A program made the translations under genes and the position numbers. This document shows positions 22,725 through 33,194 of a stretch of DNA of 64,000 nucleotides, one piece after another (position 1 is the first letter of the stretch; each line of letters starts with the position of its first letter). The notes under the pieces were generated by a model. It saw only the letters and a list, made by a program, of their open reading frames with translations, made no database searches and was not told where the DNA came from. The stretch lies in the NCBI GenBank assembly GCA_977017645.1, contig OZ360236.1, positions 48,980,001 to 49,044,000 on the forward strand. The letters run 5' to 3'. Source of the stretch: Torpedo marmorata (lineage: Eukaryota).

Positions 22725-23006
22725 TATTTCTACCTTTGCTACATAAAAGACACTGTTTGACCTGCTGAGTTCTCCAGCATTTGTGTTTTTTACTACATTA
22801 TTACGGTGTCTACAGATTTTCGTGTTTACTTCTTAAATCTCTCTATATAGTCATACCAGTTTTCTTCGGAGTCCACGCACTTTCCAAATGGTGCTTCAGC
22901 CATTCTGAAGTTTTTCTTCTTCTTTGTTCTTGAGCTTGTAAGGTCCACAGCGTTTCCTTTTTAAATCTTCACTCCAATATTTGGAGCATAGAGGAGGTCC
23001 GTTCAA

Positions 23007-23019
23007 ATCCTCGTTGCCA
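23007..23019 (-). promoter_or_regulatory. Gypsy PBS, tRNA-Ser(GCU)-like
   Basis: Minus-strand TGGCAACGAGGAT versus the expected TGGCGACGAGGAT. Confidence 0.75.
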
Positions 23020-23022
23020 ATC

Positions 23023-23191
23023 TGTCATGTATTCTATGTTAGAAATATACTGCAGACAAAGGCATGATGCTTCATTAACCGTTTAATACAAATCTAAAAT
23101 GGTTCTCCTGCCACACACAGTATATATGAGTGAGGACGTCATCACGCCCGACGTGATGACGTCATACGCATGCAGGCGTATATACATAACA
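23023..23191 (-). repeat. Gypsy 5' LTR (169 bp)
   Basis: TG..CA ends. Contains the inverted repeat gacgtcatcacg-cccga-cgtgatgacgtc with a CRE-like TGACGTCA. Confidence 0.92.
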
Positions 23192-23294
23192 GCTACCAGG
23201 ACAGGGAGGCTCGCCGCCTATGGAGAGGCGGAGAGTGACCTCTCTAGTAGAGAGGATGGAGCCCCCTAGTCCCTCTATACTAACTTCGGGCACT

Positions 23295-24520
23295 TATATA
23301 TTCTAGCCCTTCCAGAAGGGCAATGGCTTCCTGGACGGTGTTGCTGGTCCCATCAAGGGCAAGACCACCATTCTGAGGTCAGGGCGGACGGTGGTAACTA
23401 AGAGCCCTGCCAAGGTGGAGGTTACCCTGGCGTCCTCGGGGAGGTTGTGCCTGGGAGCCCCACCGTAGAGGCTAGTAATAAGGGCCCATTCCCTAATGAC
23501 CCTCGTGCCCTCACTGACTGTGTGCCACTGCAGTTGACATTTCAGGTCGCACTCCAAAAGAGTGGGGAACCTGGTGCGCACTGCAGTCTCTACCTGATCC
23601 CACAAAGTGGGCCCCTCATCGATCCCTTCTGGTGGCACCCGCAGGGAGTTGTTGATCGTCTGCTGCGCGGACAGACTGCCCAGAGTGCTGGTCTCTAGGT
23701 GGGAGAGGCGAATATGGGGGGCCCCCCTCCTCAGCCGGAGTAGCCTTGCGGCTAAATGCTCACCTGACTGCTGGCGGTATCTGTCCACAAGCCCGGCCAA
23801 TTCCTTGGCGGAGTATTCCCTGGTCTCTACGATCTCGTACCGGCCCCTTGCCCGTCCACTCGGACCCTCTCCATTCTCGGCAATTTCCCCATTGTGGAAG
23901 GCCAACAGGGGTCCTCGTGGCAGGTCTGGGACTGCGTGGTTACCGGTCGGGATTGCAAGGTCTCCGGGGTGGGGCGCGCGTAATCGGACTCGGCTTCCTC
24001 AAAATCATCATTGTCCAGCCACATATCCCCATCTCCCGACCACGCATCACTCCCCCGCGCATGATAGTTCTGATTTTTTAAATTTTTTACAGGATTGACC
24101 TGCCAGTCGAATCAGTGGGCTTTGACAAGCTGGCAGGCAGCTTCAGTGTACCTAGCCTCCAAGCTGCTGATACGTGCCCTGGCAGTGTCCAGTGCCTCCT
24201 GTAGGGACCCGCGATGGAGCTTTAGTGATTCAATCTGTTGATCTTTCTGGGTGCACTGATTACTTAAATCGGATGTGGTACCCCACTGGCACTTAAGTAG
24301 AGATATCAGTAACCATAGGGCCCCTCCACGACTCCCCCTGGCCTCGGGAAACCCTGATTCCTCCAGGAGGGAGACCACGTGGTGCCCTATCTTCTCTCCG
24401 TGTGGGTCCAGCCTATCGATCCAGTCGGCCGGCATGGCGTGGTTTGCCAGTCACGTCGCCAAATGGCTGAAGCCCTGACAGTCGTTGGTCCACTAGGAGA
24501 TTTTATATTCCGATCCTGGG
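23295..24520 (-). pseudogene. gag: ERV gag (ERV-L/Fv1-type), frameshifted and C-terminally deleted
   Basis: Coiled-coil N-terminus, a GDGDMWLD motif (ERV-L W.GD.W type) and YSAKEL..RYRQQSGEHLAARLLRL, which resembles the ERV-L capsid start. The start coordinate is approximate. Confidence 0.75.
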
Positions 24521-24650
24521 GTTCCCTTACTAGCTGTGGGTCGCCTTCTTCTGCCCCCGTTGGTGAGCTGGTACACAATAATGCATGCACTCGTTAGCAC
24601 AATCTCCCACATGGTTAGTACTCCATGAGTATCCAGCCGAAACTCTTTGA

Positions 24651-24668
24651 ACCCTGCTCGCAGTGCCA
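24651..24668 (-). promoter_or_regulatory. ERV primer-binding site, tRNA-Ser(UGA-type)
   Basis: Minus-strand TGGCACTGCGAGCAGGGT versus TGGCGCAGCGAGCAGGGT expected from the vertebrate tRNA-Ser 3' end (16/18 match), 2 nt from the LTR. Confidence 0.8.
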
Positions 24669-24670
24669 AT

Positions 24671-25386
24671 TGCTGTGTTTGGAAAGTATCAGGTTTGGTG
24701 GGCTTACAGAGACACGAGTCTGGACGCAAGTGTTACAATCAAAGGTAACTTTATTTAACACATGGGAGACAAACGGGAAGATGTCAAACGATACTTAATT
24801 ACTTTACTACTAAATAGCTACATAGACATTCACATCGGACCCAGGTTGGACTCCGATACCAGTGGCTGCCTATCTTCTACACGGTATGAGACAAAAACTA
24901 TAACGGTGTAAGCAGACACATTGGGCGCAAGGTCCTCGATACCAGTGGCTGCTTACCCTACCACACTCTCCTGCACATGTACACACTCACAGACAGGGAT
25001 TTTCAAACACACTCCCGATTCCCTGTACCAGTGGGAGTGCGGCTCTCTGCAAGCACTGATCTATCGCAGTACTATGGCTCAACTTAAGTGTAAGTGCACA
25101 CCTTACCCATGACTCCTCCAGCGATGTCCACAGTAGTCACCTGGTGTGGACTGATGTCCGGGACTTGGACCAAGAGGCAGAGAGAAAGAAATGTGGTATG
25201 CATTGATGTTTATACTGTTCTAAGCTGGGCGTCTTGCCAACGATGACAGTGAATCATTTAAATGAGCCAACAGTAAGATGTGCACTAATGGGTGGCTGGA
25301 GTTCAACCTTGATTGGCAGGTGATGCATCTTCCGAGTAGGTTTCAGACAGGGAGGTCACGTGATCCTCCGCAATTCACATATAACA
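24671..25386 (-). repeat. ERV 5' LTR (CCAAT near 25311, TATAAA 25209-25214, AATAAA 24750-24755, all on the minus strand)
   Basis: Direct repeat of 9038-9772 with TG..CA ends, adjacent to the PBS. Confidence 0.92.
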
Positions 25387-25545
25387 GTCATGCTTATGTA
25401 ACTGTTAAGTATTGTATAGATCTTGCTGTGTGCGCTGCTTAATTTAGTGAGGAGTCACAGATGAAATGCCAGTGAACATCTTGACTTCTGACCTCATGAT
25501 GAAAGTGCTATCACTGAAATGGTTCAAAATAGTTGGGTCTATAAT

Positions 25546-28466
25546 GTTACGAACTAACTTCAATCAACTCACTCAGGTACAGCTGCGGCACCGCGGGAGT
25601 TTTAAACGGCCAGAGAACGGGCCGTTCAAACTTCGCGGGAGCCGCAGACAGCAGGCACTCAACACAATTACAAATCGCGCAGGATTTAAAGGGACAGCGC
25701 ACGGTCCGTTTAAACACTGCGGGACCTACCGGCAGTGGACCCACGGGCCAGGTAAAGAAGTCCCGACCACGTAGACGCGGATCCAAGGGCCAGGTAAAGA
25801 AGTCCCGACCACGGGGACGCAGAGGGGGGCTACAAGTCAAACTGAGAAGGGGGGACCTGAAGCTTCCGCTCCCTACCATCCTCCTGGCCAACGTTCAATC
25901 CTTGGAGAACAAATTTGATGAACTCCAAGCCAGAATTCAATATCAGGGAGTCATCAGGGAGTGCTGCGTGATGTGCTTCACAGAAACGTGGCTAAACAAG
26001 GACATTCCGGACACGGCGCTACAGCCCAAGGGCTACACCCTCCACCGCGCTGACCGAACACCGGCGTCTGGAAAAACCAGGGGAGGCGGCGTGTGTGTCA
26101 TCATCAATTCATCGTGGTGCACAGACGTGACGGTCATGTCCCAGTCCTGCTCCCCCGACCTAGAACATCTGGCGATCAAGTGTCGCCCATTCTATCTGCC
26201 GAGGGAGTTCACCGCCATCATCCTGGTCGCAGTGTACATTCCGCCCCAGGCTAACGTCAGGCTGGCACTGAAGGGACTGAGCACTGTGATAAACAGCCAT
26301 GAGACAGCACATCCTGATGCCTTCCCGATCATTGTGGGAGACTTCAATCAGGCCAACCTGAAGAAGTCACTGACAAACTACCACCAACACATCACTTGCG
26401 AGACCAGGGGAACCAACACACTCGACCACTGCTACACCACCGTGAAGAACGCATACCGAGCCATACCACGACCGCACTTCGGCAAGTCTGATCACCTGGC
26501 TGTACTTCTACTCCCGGCGTACAAGCAGAGACTAAAGTCCACAGCAACAGTGGAGAGGACAGCGAAAGTGTGGTCAAGGGAGGCGGAGGAGCGTCTGCAG
26601 GACTGCTTTGACTCGGTGGACTGGAACATATTCAAGCACTCAGCCATAGACATAAATGAATATGCAACAGGTGTCACCGACTTCATCAAGACCTGCGTGG
26701 ATGAGTGTGTGCCCACGCGCAAATACCGGGTGTTCCCCAACCAGAAGCCCTGGATGAATCAAAGAATTCGCAACTTGCTGAGGACGAGAACATGGGCGTT
26801 TAAAGACGGGGACCGGGATCTTTACAAAAAGTCCAGGCACGACCTGCGGAAGGCCATCTCTGAAGGAAAGTGGCAATTCCGAAGGAAGCTAGAGACAGAG
26901 ACAGATACACGCCAGCTATGGCAGGGAGTGCAGGCCATTACAGCCTACAAAACGAGGGCGAACACTATAGACGGCTGTGATGCTTCACTACCCGATGAGC
27001 TGAACACCTTCTATGCCCGCTTTGAGAAGAAGAACAAAACGGTGCCTAATAGAATCCCTGAGAGGGCAGAGGACCCTGTGATATCTGTCTCTGAGGGCGA
27101 CGTCAGAACATCATTCAAGAGGGTGAACCCTCGCAAGGCGTCAGGCCCTGACGGCGTACCTGGCAGGGTATTGAAAATCTGCGCCAACCAACTAGCCGGA
27201 GTGTTCACGGACATTTTCAACCTCTCATTGCGGCAGTCAGAGGTTCCCACCTGCTTCAAAAGGGCATCAATCATCCCGGTGCCCAAGAAGAGTAGTGTGA
27301 GCTGCCTCAACGACTATCGCCCAGTAGCACTAACTTCTACGGTGATGAAATGCTTTGAGAGGCTGGTCATGGCCAGAATTAACACATACCTAAGCAAAGA
27401 TCTGGACCCACTGCAATTCGCCTATCGTCACAATCGCTCCACAGCAGATGCAATATCGCTGGCTCTCCACTCAGCTCTGGATCACCTCGAAAACAGCAAT
27501 TCATACATACGGCTGCTCTTCATAGACTACAGCTCGGCCTTCAATACCATTATTCCCTCAGTGCTGGTCAAGAAGCTACAAACTCTAGGCCTCTGTACCC
27601 CACTCTGCAACTGGATCCTTGACTTTCTCATCGGAAGACCACAGTCAGTACGAATTGGAAACAACGTCTCCTCCTCACTGATTATCAACACAGGCGCACC
27701 CCAAGGATGCGTGCTTAGTCCACTGCTCTACTCGCTATACACTCATGACTGTGCGGCCAGGCACAATTCCAATGCCATATACAAGTTTGCCGATGACACC
27801 ACAGTTGTCGGCAGAATCACAAACGGCAATGAGGAAGCGTACAGGAGGGAGATAGATCAGCTCATTGAATGGTGTAATGACAACAACCTCGAGCTCAACG
27901 TCAGTAAAACCAAGGAGATGATTGTGGACTTCAGGAGGAAGTCAGGGGAACACAACCCAGTCCTCATCGAGGGCTCAGTCGTGGAGAGGGTCAAGAACTT
28001 CAAATTCCTGGGTGTCAACATCTCCGAGGATCTGTCCTGGAGCATCCACGTGGATGCAATCACAAAGAAGGCTCGTCAGCGGCTATACTTTGTGAGGCGA
28101 TTGCGGAGATTCGGTATGTCGCCAAAGACTCTCGTGAACTTCTACAGGTGTACCGTGGAGAGCATTCTAGCTGGTTGCATCACTGCCTGGTATGGTGGTG
28201 CCAACTCCCAGGACAAGAGCAAACTCCAGAAGGTTGTTACCTCGGCCTGTGACATCACGGGCACCAAACTTCACTCCATCGAGGACATCTACATGAGGCG
28301 ATGTCTTAATAAAGCAGCCTCTATCCTCAAGGACCCCCACCACCCAGGCCATGCCCTCTTCACGCTGCTTCCATCGGGGAAAAGGTACAGGAGCCTAAAG
28401 ACGAGCACTCAACGGCACAAGGTCAGCTTCTTCCCTGCTGCCATCAGATTCCTGAACAATCAATGA
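25546..28466 (+). CDS. Rex1/Babar LINE endonuclease + RT ORF, open but probably 5'-truncated
   Basis: The frame is open from the TAA at ~25543: [63 protein letters not shown]. The element ends with AATAAA and an (ATTCTG)n tail at ~28616. Confidence 0.9.
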
Positions 28467-28621
28467 ACCAAAGACACTAGTGCACTATTGTTTATAATTT
28501 TTATATAGTAATGTCGTTAGAATGGTTAATATGAATGTTAATTGCACTATGATGCTGCCGCAAAGCACCGAATTTCATGACTTGTTCATGACAATAAATT
28601 CTGATTCTGATTCTGAAACCC

Positions 28622-29712
28622 TGTTAGTATTAACAAAGGAACAGCAATGGAATATGCACCAGACAATGGTAAATTCAAAAATAGTTTTTATTTAAACTAT
28701 TAATAACACAACATATCTTACTTATCTCTACACTTAACTCTAACTTAAACCCCACTATGCACAAATGTAAATGTGTGTGTGTTAAAGTCCAAACTATTTC
28801 AGCTTAAACTTAAATCTGAAAGTCAATTTTTAAAGTCCAGTTTCCAACTTCTTTTGTTGAACTTCAGGATCCCTTTAAATTGTGATTCAGAAGTTATTAT
28901 AAAGCAAGAATGGAGCATTCGATTTCTTTCAAACTCGCACGTCTTTTCATGAGTGGTCTTTCAGAGATAGTCTTCATACGAGTGTGTTCACAAGTTTCCC
29001 CCTATCTTGTTAGGGTTACGGAACTGTGATCTTCACGATGATTTCTTTCTTGATCAGGAGTAACATACGATGATCTTTTCTTAGAAACAATTTGAAAGTG
29101 GTCTTACTTTTTTTAAAACATGGTGTATTTCCTATGATAAAGATAATGCACAGAAACAGCACCTCCATTCATTCCGAGATCACTGTTCATAAAATGATTC
29201 TGCCTTTCCAGAATATCAAAGTTCTTCAGTCTGGTGCAGTCTGGTTCAATCTGTTTCAAAATGTGTCTCTCCTTTCATTATATATTTCTGACATCATGTG
29301 ACATTACATCACCACAGTTTTAGTTTCATTTTCAAAAGCCTTCCTTCAAAATCACTTACATCCACAAAAACATCTGACCTCATCACTGTTCCAAGATTAT
29401 AAGTGATTACAACTCTAAATAGTCTGGCACATGTCACTTAAATGGCACTTGAGTTTGCAACAGCTGCTATCATAAGGCTTTTAAAAACCACACATTGTCC
29501 TTAAATCACTTAAATGCACTTCTGTTTTATTATTGGCTTTTGTCTTTCATAGACGCTTCGACTCCGAAATCTCCCAGCTGCAATTTCTTTCTCTCAGTAA
29601 TGGTTTTTTTCTGCAAATGTGCTGTGACCTGTGTGTGACCCTGTACCAGCCCACAACTAACCTTACTAAGATATATAATTCTATAACTTAAATTTAAATA
29701 TTAACATTAACA
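28622..29712 (-). mobile_element. Probable solo LTR, distantly similar to those at 47475 and 53989
   Basis: Ends tgttagtattaa..ttaacattaaca (TG..CA with a short inverted repeat). Motif order (ggtaaa..tttatt..ccccactat..(tg)n) is shared with the other solo LTRs. No clean TSD. Confidence 0.5.
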
Positions 29713-29807
29713 CATCCGTTTCAATAAATCCTGCAGTAATTCCTAGGATTGGGATGATGTGACTTCCTATATCTTGCGACTCCAAACATTGGAGTGTTTT
29801 CCCTGTG

Positions 29808-30165
29808 ATCAGAATTTATTGTCATGAACAAGTCATGAAATTCGGTGTTTTGCGGCAGCATTATAATGCAAACATTCATATTATAATCATCTTACGACAT
29901 TATATATTAAAAAAAAAAATATATATATATATATAAATAATAGTGCACGAAAAGTAAGGCAGTGTCTTTGGTTCATTGATTATTCAGGAATCTAAAGGCA
30001 GAGGGGAAGAAGCTGTCCTTGTGCCGTTGAGTGCTCGTCTTTAGGCTCCTGTACCTTTTTCCTGATGGTAGCAGAGTGAAGAGGGCATGGCCTGGGTGGT
30101 GGGGGTCTTTGAAGGCAGAGGCTGCTTTTTTAAGACACCGCCTCATGTAGATGTCCTCGATGGAG
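29808..30165 (-). mobile_element. Rex1 3' fragment, same family as the element at 25546
   Basis: Reverse complement of about 28270-28605. Confidence 0.85.
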
Positions 30166-30396
30166 TGCCCTTGCTTTCAATTTTACAAGGGCTCCCTGGT
30201 GTCACATTTAGTCTAATGTTTTGTTGCCAAGGGCAGTCGCTCTTCAACACTGGAATTAAACTCTCCTGCCCATGTTTGGACCAAGTCTGTGTTGAGCTCT
30301 GGACCGAGTAGTCATGGCAAAACCAACCTAGGTATTGGTGAGTAAGTGCAACTTTATAGCAAAGTTCAAGACTCCTACATTCATTGCTTTTTGTAT

Positions 30397-30537
30397 ATCA
30401 GATTTCAGATTTATTGTCAGAGTACATACATGACATCACATACCACCCTGAGATTCTTTTTCCTGCAGGCGAGGAAGAATTACCACTTATTGGTAGTGCA
30501 AAAAAAAACTGTACACAGCGTATACATGTAAACAAAG
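30397..30537 (-). mobile_element. Rex1 tail fragment (family of the copies at 50190 and 56990)
   Basis: Shares ttcagatttattgtcagagta..ccctgagattc with 50190 and 56995. Confidence 0.8.
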
Positions 30538-30981
30538 TAATATACCTTGGAAATTTTCCATATTTATATGGTAGATGTTAGGATTGCCACTGTCCTCGGA
30601 CATATTGGGTTTGAACCCAGCTAGTTCTTGAGTGCAGATGTTATTTGGTTGTATTGCTTTTGTTATATTAATTACTCAGCCATTTCTTAATTCATTTAGT
30701 GAACCAAAATTGTTGAATGCTGGCTTTATGATGTTGGGGTTCTTGAGAGGAAGGCCAGATGGATCAGCCTTGTCTTTAGTGCTGGAGTGCAGGGCCCTTC
30801 CATTTTTTTGAGGATGGTCTGTTCTTAGAGTCGCCTCTTTCCATTAGGTGTTCCGTTCATAATGTGATAGGACGACAGAGTTTTGGTCTGTTTGTGAGAT
30901 TGCTTTTCTCAAACGCAAATATTTTTGTTGTTGAAAAAGCTTGTAGTCCTGTGCAGGTTCCCTATGCCGGAACCTATGCTG

Positions 30982-31228
30982 GGCAGGACAGTTAGCATAG
31001 CAGTTAGCGCGATGCTATTACAGTGCCAGTGACCTGGGTTTGAATCCGGTGCTATCTGTAAGGAGTTTGTACGTACTCCGCATGACCTGCGTGGGTTTTC
31101 CATGGGTGCTCCGGTTTCCTGCCACCCTCCAAAAACATACGAGGTTGTTGGTTAATTGGGTGTAATTGCGCGGCACGGGTTTCAATGGCCGGAATCGGCT
31201 TCCATCCTGTTGTGAATAAAAAAATTTT
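30982..31228 (+). mobile_element. tRNA-derived V-SINE (HE1-like)
   Basis: A/B-box-like head (gggtttgaatcc), V-domain-like ctgtaaggagtttgtacgt..gggtgctccggtttcc and an A-rich tail. Confidence 0.8.
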
Positions 31229-31379
31229 TTAAATCTCAAGTATGAAAGCTGTTGCTTGTGGCCTTCTGCATTCATTGATTCTCTGGTTTGATAACCAGGA
31301 TAGAATAATGGAAATGGTGAGCCGTGAACTTGAATCTTGTAGTGGTGTACACTTGCCTTCATCAGTTGGGGTATTGAAT

Positions 31380-31900
31380 TTAAAAGTTGTCATGTTCTGC
31401 AGCTGTATTAAAATTTGGCTAGGCCACATTTGGAGTATTGTGTACAATTCTGGTTGCTGCATTAAAGAAAGGATGTGGAGCCTTTGGAGATAGTGAAGAA
31501 GAGATTAGCTGGTGTATTGCCTGGATTAAGGATTATTAGCTGTAAAAAGCAGTTGGACAAACTTAGATTGTTTTCTCTGGAGCATCAGAGGTTGAGGGCT
31601 AACCTGATAAGATGTATAAAATTATGAAAAGCATCGAGTGGATAGTCTGTCTCTTTCCCAGGATGGAAATTGTCATTGTTTTAAGGTGAGAGGAGCAAAG
31701 TTTAAAGGGGATTTGTGAGGCAAGTTTCATAAGTAGTAGTAAGCCTGGAACACACTGCTGGGGGAGGTGGTGGAAATACAAATAAAAGCAACATTTGGAA
31801 AGGCACATGAACTGGCAGAGAATGGAAGCATCGAGACAATGTGGGATTAGTTTAAATTGGCATCATTGGCACTGATGTCATAGGCTGGAGGCCCTGTTCC
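31380..31900 (+). mobile_element. Degraded CR1 3' fragment
   Basis: RPHLEYCVQFW-like coding (aggccacatttggagtattgtgtacaattctgg) and a CR1-like tail. Confidence 0.7.
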
Positions 31901-32699
31901 TATGCAGTGCCACCCAACACAATACTGGCTATTCTTAGTGTGGAAACAAAAGTTTGCCTCCTCAGCGACTGTGTTGATCACTTCAACTACTGTTATCATG
32001 GATTGGCACATCTGCCAATGTAAATTGGTGAGAATGATGTCAAGTGGGTTCATTCCTTATGTTCACCTGCATTCATTTGCTGACTGATCAGGCAACTACC
32101 TTCAGGATTCACCAATTTTCTTCCGTGTGGTGCTGTCAAAACTCTTGGCGATGGACATTGAACTCTTGTTCCTTTCACTTCTGCTTACAACTGTTCAAAT
32201 ATGGAATGCTAATTCATTAACTGGAGGAGAACAGACAGTAGGTGGTAATTGGGTGGTTTTCTTGCGATGTTTGACCTGATACCACAGGACATAATGTCTG
32301 GAGTTGATATTGAAGACACTGAGACTGCTCCTTCCTACATACAGCTCTTGTGCTGACATCTCTTGTGGGTCTGATTTAGTGGGATAGAATTTGCCCAGAT
32401 TTTATAATGGAACAATCTAACACATTCATAAGGCTTATTCTAAGGCCACCATGATGTCAGACTGTTGCTGCTTTAGTCTGTGGGACAGCTCTTTTTTATA
32501 CACCTGTCCCCAGATATTTGAGGGGGCCTTTGAAAGAGATCCTGGGATAGGAGTAGCTGCTGTTTCTGCATTAAGTGCTGAGTTTAATTCTAATGTTTCA
32601 TCCTGTTTTACTATCTCTGTATCATTACAGGTGTGTCTAAACAGTGGAGAGGCTTGCTTGGCCATTTCTGAGAATATTTAAGAGAAAAAAATCATTGGG

Positions 32700-32900
32700 T
32701 GTATCAGTAGCTAAGGCCTGGTATGTAGGTTCAGGATGGTAGATTTCCTTCCCTGAAGAACACGAATGAACTAGATGGGTTTTTATGATGATGCTATCAT
32801 TCTTGGGGTAGGTATTACTATGATGTTATTTCCAAATTCTGAATTATTAACTAAATTTAAGTTCCCAGGCTGCCATCATGGTATTTGAACTCTTCTGAAT
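32700..32900 (-). mobile_element. Old SINE-like remnant
   Basis: Minus-strand B-box-like gagttcaaatacc followed by a repeat-like body (aaaaacccatctagttc..gggaaggaaatct). Confidence 0.4.
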
Positions 32901-33194
32901 TTGTAATCTGCTAATTTTGCACATAATTATGGCTCCTGTGGCTACTTGCTCCTGACTTGAAACCTTTGCTTGTGCTCTTCTGAAGAGGCCCTTGCAGAGA
33001 TATTTGTATTTTAGGCCATGGTAAAGTTCCAGAAGTGTGGGTGCGACAGCCCAGTGATCCTAACATCACTGGTAGGAAAGTTGCAGGAGGGGATTCTGAA
33101 GGACAAGAACCTACTAGCATTTTGATAGCTTGGCTTTTTGCTTTGGAAATTGTGGCTCACAAATCTGAGTGTTTTTGAAGAGGTGACCAAGAGG

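Larger units (their letters stand above)
17897..22834 (+). mobile_element. Neptune-type Penelope-like element in partial-tandem (pseudo-LTR) arrangement
   Basis: 17897-18985 is a near-identical direct repeat of 21747-22834 (about 2 differences seen). 14-bp TSD AAATCTCTCTATAT at 17875-17888 and 22835-22848. Confidence 0.95.
13881..22903 (-). pseudogene. Gypsy gag-pol, multiply frameshifted; gag split by the Penelope insertion
   Basis: ATG at 22903 (MAEAPFGKCVDSEENWYDYIERF..) resumes at 17874. Motifs: CFRCGKRNHSPDNC, WAAPIVPV..RICGDYK, TKLDLSQAYQQ, TDNKPL, HNNHPGMVRMK and SDNGPQ..HPSTNGEAERFVQTFK. Confidence 0.88.
13584..23191 (-). mobile_element. Ty3/Gypsy LTR retrotransposon, Mag-type, defective
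   Basis: LTRs at 13584-13703 and 23023-23191, perfect TSD GCTAC (13579-13583 / 23192-23196), PBS and a PPT (13704-13716). Domain order is gag (2x CCHC), PR (ELDTG), RT, RNase H, integrase, ending RRSKREKRPPERLKDYV*. Confidence 0.95.
9038..25386 (-). mobile_element. Class III (ERV-L/ERV-S-like) endogenous retrovirus, defective, interrupted by a Gypsy element
   Basis: Paired TG..CA LTRs, a tRNA-Ser PBS, ERV-L-type gag motifs, RT motifs DLANAFFSIP / LPQGYLHSPTVCH / YIDD, RNase H (TDSW..NG) and integrase (YHPQASGLIERMNG). The flanks gttac/gtcat are a possible decayed 5-bp TSD. Confidence 0.9.
8340..32700 (-). mobile_element. Old, degraded CR1/L2-type LINE split into pieces by later insertions
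   Basis: Pieces at about 8340-9037, 25387-25541, 29713-29806, 30166-30396, 30540-30980, 31230-31380 and 31900-32700 read by eye as a colinear antisense LINE. There is no intact ORF and boundaries are approximate. Confidence 0.5.

Noticed and set aside
19046-22746. Many alternative-frame and antisense ORFs over the Penelope element
   Set aside because: These are by-products of the extreme C-rich strand bias of the real ORF.
30982-31060. tRNA gene (also at 55202)
   Set aside because: SINE head with A/B-like boxes but no full cloverleaf, followed by a V-domain and tail.
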